Shown here: one piece after another, positions 1-11,128 of the stretch
How the letters are laid out: the number at the start of each line of letters is the position of its first letter
How positions within the stretch are numbered: the stretch's first letter is position 1
Source: Entomortierella parvispora E1425
Lineage: Eukaryota; Fungi; Mortierellomycota
Assembly: GCA_020891255.1 (NCBI GenBank)
Contig: BQFW01000010.1
Span: forward strand, 1,612,001-1,676,000
Reading direction: 5' to 3'
DNA length: 64,000 nucleotides
Translations under genes and position numbers: made by a program
The notes under the pieces: model-generated
Seen by the model: only the letters and a program-made list of their open reading frames with translations
Database searches by the model: none
What the model was told of the DNA's origin: nothing

Positions 1-1
1 G

Positions 2-2884
2 TTCTTGATGGCACAGCGGAGGATACCAGATGCTACCAACCTGGTGCGCGGACAACCAAAAAACTTTTTGCCGTCGTATCTACACAGAGGATCGATCGTC
101 ACCAATGGGTCCCACGCCTACCTCTCAACTGTTGATCTCCGGATTCGGAAGCAACAACGATTTATCACAGAGATATTCGAGGAGGGGGGAGGGTTCCGCA
201 GGAGACATGTCCTCTCCCCTGATAATCGAAAGTTGCTACCAAACTTGTCAACAGCCGTCCCTAGCCAGGAATCACTGACGGCAATGTTTCCAGACACAAC
301 CAGGGTGGACATTGGCGCGATTGACCTTGGCAAGGAGTTTATGGTCGGATTTGCCTGCAAGCGCTATGACAGTGACGACTTTATCTATACGATCAGTGCA
401 AAGACAAGGGCAGTGTACCAACCGTCCAATCGACGTCGGAGCGAAGTCAACAGATTGAAGAACAACACCATCATTGACATCCCGGTTGGAGAGAGCGCCA
501 AGTTGATCCCACCACGCAAGTTCACTCCAGGAATGACCACGACTGGTCAGGCCATAGCAATGTATGAAACAAGGCTAGAGTCGATGGACAACAACCCAAA
601 GGGACGGATCCAGGAAAAGTTGACCCCAGAGTACCATTTACTCTCTTCGTTCTACAACAAAAGGCCATCGACATCAAAAGAGTGAGGCACAAACGAAGCG
701 TGCGACAACGGCAGAGCTAGACATTCTGACCAACCATATCTTAACAGCCATGGGGACACATCTGCGCGTGCAAGAGGATGGTCAGCCCAGACCGAGGGGA
801 GTAATTTCCATCGGGCAGGACGGGAAGCGTGGGTTCTCGTCAGTGTCAAAGGGCTACGAGATGTCCAAGCACAACACGTTTCTGGACCACTTTGTGCCAC
901 GGGTAATTTTTTTTCTTTCACCTTTTTTTTTTTTTTTTTTTTTTCGGATCTGTCAAGGTCCAGTCAACAGGAACAAGAGACTAACAGTTGTTCCACGATT
1001 CATGTCTACAACCATTGCAACTAGGCCCGAAGACTTGGCTACATCATTGTTGGTTTGCCAGAGTATTATACCTCCCGCCGTTGCCCAAAGTGTCAGAGCA
1101 GCGGCATCTCCGAGCAGGACTTTGTGGGCTATATAGGAATACGCCGTGCCCATTGTGTCCGCTGTGGGACATGGTTCCACCGGGATCTTCTTGCTGCTTC
1201 CAACATGGTCGTAGCGACCAGGTACTACCTGGACCACCTCTCGCGCCCTGCCTACCTTTTGCCAATCACAAAGGACGAGAAATTTGTCTTTGACCAAAGG
1301 TATGGACCCAACCTTCCACCGGGTGTGCCAGCCAACAAAATCATTCGCCGTGGTGAATCTGGTGATCAGCCAGACATTGCCAGTTCGAGCAGTTCAAGCG
1401 CACCACCACCTCCTCCACCACCACCGTCGCCGCCAGGTAAGGCAACTCTGCTGCTCGTGCTTTTATAGGTTTATAGACCATGTGCTGCTGAATGTCCTCT
1501 TGACGTCCTCTTGACCACATTTCACATTGTATTTTCTCAGGCACTCTGCAGACACCGAAGTTGAGCCGAAAGGACGCCCAAAAGCAGAGGCAAGCACAGA
1601 CTCTAGCCCAGCTTGGCTCAGGGTCAGCTGCAGGGTCAAGTTCTACGCAAGTGCAGGCAGAAGGCCCTCCACCAAAGAAGCGACGCACTCGTCCTGCTGC
1701 AAAGAGGACGGCACCGCAGACACTGGCACAGATACCGCAAGGATCATGGACAAGTTCAGCTCTGGGTTCGCAAACGCACAGTCAGGCTCAGGCCCAGACA
1801 CAGGCCCAGGCGTCATGGACACCAGAGCAAAGGTCGTTTCTTTCACCCACTCAGTCATCACAAAGACAAAGCTATGCAGCCATTGCAGCAGTGGGAGTGG
1901 CACAGGCACAGGCACGGCAAGGACCAGCATCAGCGTCAAGTTCGCAAGCTCGTCCACGGATGCAACCCCAAACACGACAGCAGACACAGAGTCAGCCACA
2001 GACCGGGGCACAGAGACCACCCATGCGGTTGTGGTCCTACGCAGAGTCAGTGCGAGGAAGGCAAGCCGAAGCAGGATCATCCACAGGAGGTGAGTGAATC
2101 GCCCAATTGCTCCACAAACATATCCATTCGTTATCTAACACAGGCGCCGACCATTTCTTTGACTGTCCATCGCAACAGGTCCCATTCGCCGTGGCCAGTC
2201 CATTCACCCGCAAGCAGGGCAGCAAACAGGCAAGTCCATGGGAGCGTTCAAAAAGCGAGACCACTTTCTAACATGGATGTATATTCATCCTCTCACGTAG
2301 GCTTGGCCTTCTCGGCATCGCCCTCTACCCCATCGCCGGCCGCTACATCAGCCTCAGCCTCAGCGTCATCTTCTTCTGCACCCAGGCGACAGCAGCAGCA
2401 GCAGCAGCAAGGTAGATGCAGCAACCGCCTCGAGTCATCCAACGCACTTGAGACTCACTGTCACCATGGTTGACCACATTTCGCAATCATCACAATAGAT
2501 CCGACAGCAGGATCAGCATCCTCACCCCTCAGCGATACTAACAAACTCGCGTAATCTACCTTATAGTAGAACTGGGTAAGAAAAAGTTCTTGTTCAAAAG
2601 GCAAAGGCAAGCGACATGCTACAAGCGACATGCTTCAAGTCTTTCTAACACGTTGATCACCTCTCTTTTCGTCTCTACAGGTTTTGCTCCGGGTAGGTCG
2701 CTATTTTTTTTTTTTTTTTTTGCAAAGGTCGCATGTGAAATTGTGATTTTTGTGAATCGTCGTGAAAACTAATCTAAGCCACCCTTGACCAATAGCGAAG
2801 CCCAAGCTCTGTCTCACTGACCATTGGGTCTCGCGTCTTGCAGGTTTCACCTATCGACGGCGATGCATCGCCCAGCTGGTATGA
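2..2884 (+). CDS. Fanzor (eukaryotic TnpB-like RuvC/Zn-finger RNA-guided nuclease family); 5' end outside window; one +1 frameshift; multi-exon with low-complexity C-terminal tail
   Basis: RuvC-I GAIDLG (D 323-325); AVYQP motif; SFYN..R...KRA...E motif across the frameshift at 659-662; after the intron at 903-1024, ARRLGYIIVGLPEYYTSRRCPKC (RuvC-II E 1061-1063); CPKC..CVRC Zn finger (1082-1165); HRDLLAASNM (RuvC-III D 1184-1186); RPAYLLP. The core (2-~1265) is well supported; the tail exons to 2884 are predicted by eye. Confidence 0.85.
903..1024 (+). other. Spliceosomal intron (phase 0) in Fanzor, upstream of RuvC-II
   Basis: GTAATT donor at 903, poly-T tract, CTAAC at 981, acceptor AG at 1023-1024. 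Splicing joins ...FLDHFVPR to ARRLGYIIVGLPEYYTS in frame. Confidence 0.85.
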
Positions 2885-2948
2885 ATGCATCGAGTGAGTG
2901 CGTGCAGGCCTTCTCATTCTTTTGACCCCACCACTCAACACTCGCGCT

Positions 2949-5115
2949 ATGGCCTCTCCACCCGAGCAGAACAACATCCGGCTCACGCCGCAGACACAAA
3001 CACCCACCCCTTCCAGCTCTGCCATCTCTGTCTTCTCCATGCCGATCTCCTCTTTCCACCCAGAACCCTCCACCAATATTGTCAGCGAGAGCACTGAACC
3101 TTCGGCCACACCAAAGTCCCAATTGCCATCTTCCTTCGTTTACAAAGACAGAAGCCAACGTTCACTAGCACCTGTCTCTTCCGACAATTATCTCTTCCCA
3201 CGAGCCACCTCTTATTCCTCAACTGCCAGCGCCTACAATCCTGAGCAAGACCAAGAAATGCTGGACGATTACCTCGGCAGCCCCGGTGTTCACCAAAGCA
3301 CCCTCCATTCTACTACCACCACTCACGACAATGGGTCAAAGACGTCTTTACTGTACCATCAATATGTGAGATCCCCCTTTCAATCCTTTGTTCATTACCT
3401 GTCCAGTGCGGACCGTGAATCCCCTAGTGCAAAAGCGTCCTTTCCTCCTCTGCTTCGCCGACTCCCCCCATGGCTCTTGCCCCAATACCACCTTGAAAAC
3501 GATGTCTCCTCTCTAGACCATAGTCGCGACCAACAACAACGAGGAAGACGAGGACGAAGACCGCAATGGACAAGAGGAAGGGTGATTCGAACTGCAATCT
3601 TGAAGCCGTTGTGTCGACTATTGATCCTCTGGGTGATACTAGCGGTCTTGATTGCGGCCACGATCGTTTATTCTTTTCGGCCAAGCCAGCCAGAACTATC
3701 GGACTATGCAGCTTTGACCTCGTTTGACTGGACACCCATCAACCCAAGGTCGTATCTGTCACCCATGAACGCTTCGTTTGGAAACCAGTATGATGTGCTG
3801 CTGGACGGACATTCGCATTCGGTTTACTCGGATGGTAAAATGTCACCAGAGACCCTTATCAAGTGGCACATAGGTACGTCCACTATTTTTTTTTCCTTTC
3901 AAGTGAATCCTCCAAACGGTGGTGGACAAGTCGAACTGATCTTTCATACTACCATTCTTCCTCCTCCAATTCTTGCATTTGTTTGATAAGCGAACGGCTA
4001 CAATGCAATGGTTGTCAGCGACCACAACACGATCGAAGGAGGGTTGGTTACTCAAAAACTGGCCCTCGAGAAATATGCAGGTCAAATGACAGTTATCCCA
4101 GCCATGGAGCTCAGGTAAAAAGAATTCAATGGGAGTGCAACGTTGGAGATAGCGGACGACTGATCATCTACTACGTTTTTCTCATTCCTCTGTCCCTTGC
4201 AGTTGTTGTCGTTTGCATATGAATTTGATTGGGATCAACGAGACGATTACTACTGCTATAACGAAATGGCCCACGGATGAACAACTCACAGCTACCATTG
4301 CCAGGACACATGAACTTGGGGGGTTGGCTATCATCAACCATATCCCTTGGAGCAACACTACAGGTCAGTCATTCACCGAAGATCCCCCGTCTTCCGGACC
4401 GTGTTCAATTGATATTGATTGTCGTCCTTTATACCTCTATGTAGAATTTGGGTATGAGTTACCAAGGCTGCAAGACCATCCGAGTCGAGAGGCCCTTGTC
4501 GAGATGGGCATTGATGGTATCGAAATTGTGAACGGCGGCACCTTGGACACCATCTCGCTCAAGTTCATTCAGGAGAATAACCTGTTATTGATAACCGGAA
4601 CCGATGTGCACTACCCAGACACGAGTGCTTTTTCCTGGACGATTCTCAACACCAACAACAATCGAACTGCAACGACAATCCTCAACGAACTCAGGGCCCG
4701 TCGATCGTCCTTTCTCTTTGACCCAACAGGGACCCAACCGTTGGCTTACCCTCCAGAGTCGAGAAAGTATTACAGGACGGCGCCCCCAACGCTGTTGGGT
4801 CAATATTTCCAAATGTTCTGGAACGACCAGACAGGGATGTATTCGTTCATGCCCACGGGTGGGTTCTGTCATGTGGAGACGATCACGGTGCGCTGGTCAC
4901 TCATCGGGTATTTCATTGGTTGGATCCTCGTCGCGTTCTTGATTTTTGAGGCTGCGTGTTTGTTACTGGTCGGTTGTTGCTGGGGCCCATTCCAGAGGCG
5001 GAGGCGGTATATGAGGAGGAAGAAGGGGTATGAAAGTGGAGCAGCCGCATCCAATGGCGAACTTGAGGAGGAGAGTGATGATGGGGAGGAAGATGAACGG
5101 ATACAACGTGCATAG
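2949..5115 (+). CDS. PHP (polymerase/histidinol phosphatase-like) domain membrane protein with two TM segments
   Basis: PHP motifs DGHSHSVYSDG, SDHNT, NHIPWS and GTDVH; hydrophobic helices at ~3600-3675 and ~4890-4985. Introns 3874-3990, 4115-4202 and 4364-4444 join in frame (KWHI-ANGY; MELS-CCRLHMNLIG; SNTT-EFGY). Confidence 0.8.
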
Positions 5116-5462
5116 ATGATTTATGAAATAAACACATCGTTATTAAAGTCGGTTACGTAACGCGAGATTGGTAGAACCAACTTGAAAGACCATCAATTCA
5201 TTCTGCATCCTGCACTCAGATGAACACATCCGAACAAAAGTAGCATTAAAAAGCAGTGTATTTTTTTTAAAAAATATAACGGATATATGAAGTTAGGGGG
5301 ATGTATAGGAGGGGGGAGCAAATGGAGGAAGGGATGGGGCAGTAGATGAAAACTCCTATGGTTGGGTGGGGCAAGATAGGGTAGGGAAGGGAAGGGAGGG
5401 GACAGGGACGTCACAAAATAAAGAGTTGAAGACTTAGCGACGAGTTGGCGACGACCGTAGTC

Positions 5463-6489
5463 TTAGTATCCTCCATGTTGGTATCCGCCTCCGACATTTG
5501 ACTGTGCATAGCCTCCCTGGCCATACGCACCACCGCCGACTTGTGATGGTGCATACCCACCACCTAACTGAGATGCAGCGTAATCGCCATGACCATAGCC
5601 ACCACCTCCGACTTGAGAACCACCGTATCCATCATGGTGACCAGCGCCATAGCCTCCTTGGTCGTTATAGTTGTCGTAATGTTGGTCATATCCAGCATGA
5701 CCGTAATCGCCTGCATATCCTTGATGACCATATCCCCCTGTCTGGTCCTTGGACGCGTAGCCCGCATCGTAGTATTGGTCGTCAGCGCCTGCTGTCACAG
5801 CCCCGGAGGCGGCGCTCGAAACTCCATAGGGTGATTTGATGGGCGTTGGGTCCGAGGGCGATTCCATGTTTCTCAAATGCACACTGTCGTTCTCGTAGCC
5901 ACGGGGGTAGTCTGTGTAATCGTCCCCACGGATCTTGGATTGGAAATCACGCGATGGCTATTACAATGAAAGAAAAAAAAATGACAAGGAGGGTTGGTCA
6001 CTATGGAGTCCACGATGGCCCAGACGTTATTGCATAGATATCACCAAAAGAAAGAGCACCTACCGAGAGCTTCCACTTTCTGAACACCCAAATTCCGATG
6101 GCCGCTGCAACAACCACAGAGCCAACGATAATACCCGTAACCTTTAACTGACTATTGGTGCCTGTATTTGAGTCAGAAGCGCTCTGGTTGGTGGGCAATG
6201 GTGCAATGGACGTAGTGGTGCTTATGGTAGTAGCTGTAGTAACTGCTACAGTGGTTGTATGGACCGAAGTGATGACTGGTGCAATAGTTGTTGTTGGAGC
6301 GGCAGTCGACACTTGTGTGCTCGTAATTGGCAGAGTGGTCGTGGGCAGGGCCGTAGAGACGGTGGAGGGGTGGACGCTCGTAGCTGTGTCGGTCGTTGCA
6401 CCGCCAGGAAGAGGGTCAAAGGTAAGTGCTTGAGCATAGGCGGTCGACGCAAGTGCCAGGAGTGCGCCAACTGTCGTCTTCAGATTCAT
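5463..6489 (-). CDS. Mid2/Wsc-like single-pass cell-surface protein (signal peptide, Thr-rich stalk, TM, Gly/Tyr-rich tail)
   Basis: MNLKTTVGALLALASTAYAQA signal peptide; Thr-rich region; TM VTGIIVGSVVVAAAIGIWVFRKWK; spliced to a Gly/Tyr-rich ORF at 5463-5882. Confidence 0.7.
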
Positions 6490-7640
6490 GATGCTTGCTT
6501 GCTTTGTGGAGAAAGATGGCGTATGTTTGATGTTTTCTAGTAGAGTAAGCTGCACTCGCAAGATTCAACTCTGACAGGCACAGGGCACGACAAGGAGGGG
6601 AATGCAAAAAAAAAAAAAAAAAAAAAAAAAGACGGCCAGGGTCCCCTGTTTGTGAAGTCCCTTTGTTGTTGACTAAGTTGTCCGTGTGGTTCCGTTTGGT
6701 GCGGGGACGCTATTAGGACGCTAGTCGGACAGAAAACGAAATTAGTTTTTAGGCGCTTCGAGGACACGAAAGGGACAACGGCAAACTTGCTCGCTCTTGC
6801 GCTGCCGCCAGATGAACAATCATGCCTGACCATCCAGTGTTGAAGGAGGAAATGACAATGATATGTTCTGCAGGCGCGAGGGGGGGACAAGGCGAAAGAG
6901 TACAAGATAACGAAAAAAAAAAAGAAAAAAAAATGCCTTCGGTGAATGGATCCTGAAGATGAGATGAGGTCTGTCTTTCTCATTTCCCCTTCTCCTGGTT
7001 GTGCGTTCTGTCCTGAAAGTGGAGGAAAGAGGAAGGGATAGACGATGACGAGATGATTCCAGGGTCGGGATTCGACTGGTCGATGCAGGAACGAGGAAAG
7101 GAACGTCTATGGCTGCGTATGAATGTGAAACGGGGTGCACGCGCCGGGTGAGTGCTTTCAACGCCCGCTTTGCGTGAAAGCCCTCTCCCCCTATGCTGTC
7201 TCCTCGAGTCCTCGAGCTGAGCTGCGGCGGTGAATGGATGATGGAGGATTGTTGTTGATGCAAGTAAGATGATGGTGGTCCTGGTCCTGGTCCTGTTCTT
7301 GCCATGAGTGGGTGCAAGTGCAAACGATAAAAGAGCGGGAGAAATAATTCTGTACCTGGACACAAAGGAAAGAGGATGAGGACGATGAGAAGCCAACAAA
7401 AAGTAGTGAGGATGGAATGAGGCACGAAGGAGGAAAGAACAAAAGACAGAGGCGGAAGAAGGGTTGACGGAAGGAAGGAAGGAAGGAAAGAAGGAAGGGA
7501 GGGAGGAAAGGGAGAGGTGCAAAAGAGAAGAGAAGAGAGGAAGAGAGAGAGGAAGAGGAGGAAGAGGAGGACAGGTCAGACAGGGCGAGAGACAGAAGAG
7601 TGTGCGAGTGTGCGAATGAAGGTGAGCAAGCTCAGCTCAG

Positions 7641-7720
7641 CTCACTTCTCTCACTTCTCTCACTTCTCTCACTTCTCTCACTTCTCACCTCACACTTCTC
7701 TCGCCTCTCTCACCTCTCTC
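7641..7720 (+). repeat. 9-bp tandem repeat (CTCACTTCT)x~5 decaying into a CT-rich tract
   Basis: Seen directly in the sequence. Confidence 0.85.
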
Positions 7721-8934
7721 ACCTCCCACGAGAACAACGCACCAACGCACCAACGCACCAACGAAACCATTCGAGCGAAATTGAACTGAAAATTGACTCT
7801 TGTCTTTCTGCCCTGCTTTCCTGCTATTTGTTCGCTGGTTTTTTCGTTCCTGTGTTCCTGTGTCGAAATTGGCTGTCGTCCTGACGGCCGCCTGCCTGCC
7901 TGCCTGCCATCGACGCAGGAACAGAGCGTGGCCCCTGATGTAACACGAACCGTTGCTATTTATTGCCGCTGTCCCTTTCACCTCATCCCTGAACTGAGGG
8001 CGTAAAAAAAAGCATGTTTGTCTTCTTTTTTTTTTTTGACTTTGTCTTTGTCCCCGTGCCTCTTTTTCCTCTCTTTATCCTTCTCTCTCTCTTTTTTTTT
8101 TCTTAACTCTCTTACCTTCACGTCGTTCATGTGCATGTACTCTTTCTTCCCGAAAGTTTCTTCTGTGGATACTCAATATGCGACATGCAATGCAGCCTGC
8201 ATTTTCGAACGCAGACGCACCCCACGAACCCCGGGGCAAACTCATGTGCATGTACCCCCCCTCTTCAATGTCTCTGAGAGCAATTCGTGACAGAGTCCTG
8301 GTCGTCTCCTCTCTTTCTGTCCCTCTCCCTCTCTTTTTTTTTTTTTTTTTTTTTTTTTTGGCGGCTCAAAGACAGGTAGCAGCTCTGGCGAGATTGAGAT
8401 CGAATCCCCACTGCTCTCATAGCCACTTCACCACCTTATTTCTTTCTTTCCTGCTCTCAACCTCACCCTCCCCCGCGCGCGCGCTCTCTCTCTCTCTTTC
8501 TCTCAATCTCAATGGTCCTTCCAAAAGTCCAAAAAAAAATGACAACTTTGTTTATTGCCAAAGGCTAGCGCTCCATCACTTTGTTTCGACCCAGCGACTA
8601 CGACAAGAGAAAACGTGCTATTTGTATAGAGTATGTCCGATTTATTGAAGATAAAAAATAAGCGCGGGGCTGTCCTGCAGCCCACATTCCACAGCGGAGA
8701 GGACGACATCCGGACAAACGTGGGAAGGTTAAAGGAAGGGGGGGGGGGGGGCACAATGCAAAGTGATCAAGATATGTACAGATTAAGGATCAATGAGAGT
8801 CGGCGCCCCGGTAAAGAGGAATGGGGTGGACATGTAGGTGCACTGCGTGCAGGTGTATGCAGCTCCCGCTTGGCGACAATCGTATCATGGACAATGGTGG
8901 GTGAGGCTTTTGCTTTAAACGTCGCGAAAGGTTA

Positions 8935-10636
8935 TCAACTCTCAATATCCATCTCCTGGTCTACGTCCTGATCGTTATCGTAGTACTCGTTCCCGTGCTC
9001 GCGCCCCCTTTGCTTCTCCTTTTGTTCCTTGCCCTTGATACTGTCGGCCATCAGCTCCGCCTCTTCTTCTTCGTTCATCTCCAAAAATCCTTGCATGTCT
9101 GGTGGGATTTCCTGCATTTGAACACTCGGAGCGCCATTCAAGAATCGCAAATGCTCCAAAATCTTGATCCTCAGGTTCTGGATGTAAGCCTTGGAGTTCA
9201 TGTTCTCGACTTTGCCCGACAGGTGTGGATGCAGCTTGTAATCCGGCTGGAAAAAGTCAATGTACTCGTTGTAGGGGAGATCGTTCGATACTTCATGGTC
9301 CACCAAGATAGACGTCTCATAGGTCCAGCATCTTGCTACATTGCGAATCGTGTATCCACCTCCTCCAAGGACTAATAGCGGCAGCTTAAAGTCCTTGATG
9401 AATCGCACACATTCTCCGTGAGCCTTGATAGAGAGATTGAAACATCCCAATCGGTCGCATCCCAGGGAATCAGCTCCACATTGTAGCACAATCGCCGAGG
9501 GTCGGAAGGAAGTGATGACTGCCTCCATGACGGACTTGAAGAGGTAGATATAAGACTGGTCGTCGATACCATCCTGAAGTGGTACGTTCAGCGAGTAGTG
9601 TTTGCCAATCCCGCTGCCAATCTCATCAATGTCTCCAGTTCCAGGGAAAAAATCGCCATTGTACTTGTGAAAGGAAACGGTCATCACTCGATCTGTAGTA
9701 TAAAATGCCTCCTGAACGCCATCTCCGTGGTGAATATCAATGTCCACATAGAGTACTCGAGGAAAATGTCTAATGAAAAGAAAACAAAACAAGAAAGGGG
9801 TTAGGTGTCTTTTACGGTGACTATCCATCCACAAGCAGGAGAAGTGATTTGGACCAAATATCCTGTGGCAACTTACGTCAAGAGCTCAAAGATGCCCAGC
9901 ACAATGTCGTTCACATAACAGAATCCAGATGCCTCCACTCGCTTGGCGTGATGCAGACCTCCCGACCAGTTGATACTGATGCTGGCGGATCCATTAGTCA
10001 ATTTGCGAGCGGCATCAATGGACGCTCCCGAGTAGATTTTACAAAATTCAAACATCCCGTCAAAGACCGGACAGTCATCGCCCACATTGTATCTTGAGAA
10101 GACCTTGCTAAAGTTATTCATGTTATCCGGCGTTACTCTATTGTTTATGAACCAGTGTTGTTAGAAATCTTGGGTGAAAGAGAGATCCCGAGTTGCTTTG
10201 ATGGAGGAGTAGTATACCTTTTCAGAAAGTCAATATAATCTGCCGCATGAAAACTCATGATCTCTTCTTCTGTCGCACGACGAGGCTGGAAGATCTCCAT
10301 CTTCTTATGCAAGTCATAAGATATCACCAAATGGTTCGTAAGGGTCAAACGATGGGGCTTCATCGGATGTCGCTCCTATTGCAACCAAAGAAGAAAGAGT
10401 TAGCCACATGCAGGTCCCTGAAAAGCCTCCCATATATGTACGCTATGTGCAATCCATACTCCGTAGTGGTAGTTTCCAACTCCTTCGTCGTGAAAGTAGG
10501 CAACAACGTCGTTGGAATGGTCGCCAATGCGTTTTGAGGCGATCCAGTTCTTTGTTGTTGGCAAAGCATTGGATCGGGTGGAGAATGTTGAGGTGGACGA
10601 ATCGGGCTCGTAGTTGACAACTGTCCTCCTTGACAT
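8935..10636 (-). CDS. HOS2: Class I histone deacetylase, Hos2-type
   Basis: Motifs [88 protein letters not shown] and [14 protein letters not shown] across several exons. Confidence 0.9.
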
Positions 10637-11128
10637 GGCTATAGTTCTCTGTATGAAGGTTCCTGCGGCAGCTGTGCTTTTTCTTGGAAATCCTGGCAAA
10701 GATCCACCGTGAGCCGAAAGGGTGGATGGTGGAAGGAAGGGAGATGGAGAGCAAAAAGTTTGGTTGCAGCATGAAGGGGAGAATTTTAATGCACGACTTT
10801 GCAACACGTGACTGGAATGGGCTGGACCAGGCAAAGGCTGCATGCATGCATGAATGCCTTCACTTTTGTCTGCTCTGCTCATCACTCCTTCATCGTCTGT
10901 CCCCTCGATCGAATTCTACTCATCCATCCACCCATTCACCACACCACCAGACTGGATTTGCATTCCAATCGATCGCCTCTTGCCCATTTAGCTCATCTCT
11001 CCCTAGATTAACCTCCCAGTCATCAACCCGACCCGTCCAACCGTTGGAACTTTGCTGATAAAAGTTCCAGCCCGGTCCCTCGGTTGAGAAATACACTCGT
11101 CCACCCCTCTATCTACCTATAGAAAAAA

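Larger units (their letters stand above)
1..2900 (+). mobile_element. Probable Fanzor-carrying transposon (right part); element ends not identified
   Basis: Fanzors are transposon-borne TnpB derivatives (established knowledge). No TIR, TSD or transposase is visible in the window, so the boundary is a guess. Confidence 0.45.

Noticed and set aside
903-1136. Poly-Phe hydrophobic segment in ORF 750-1136 resembling a TM helix
   Set aside because: It is translation of the poly-T tract of the Fanzor intron.
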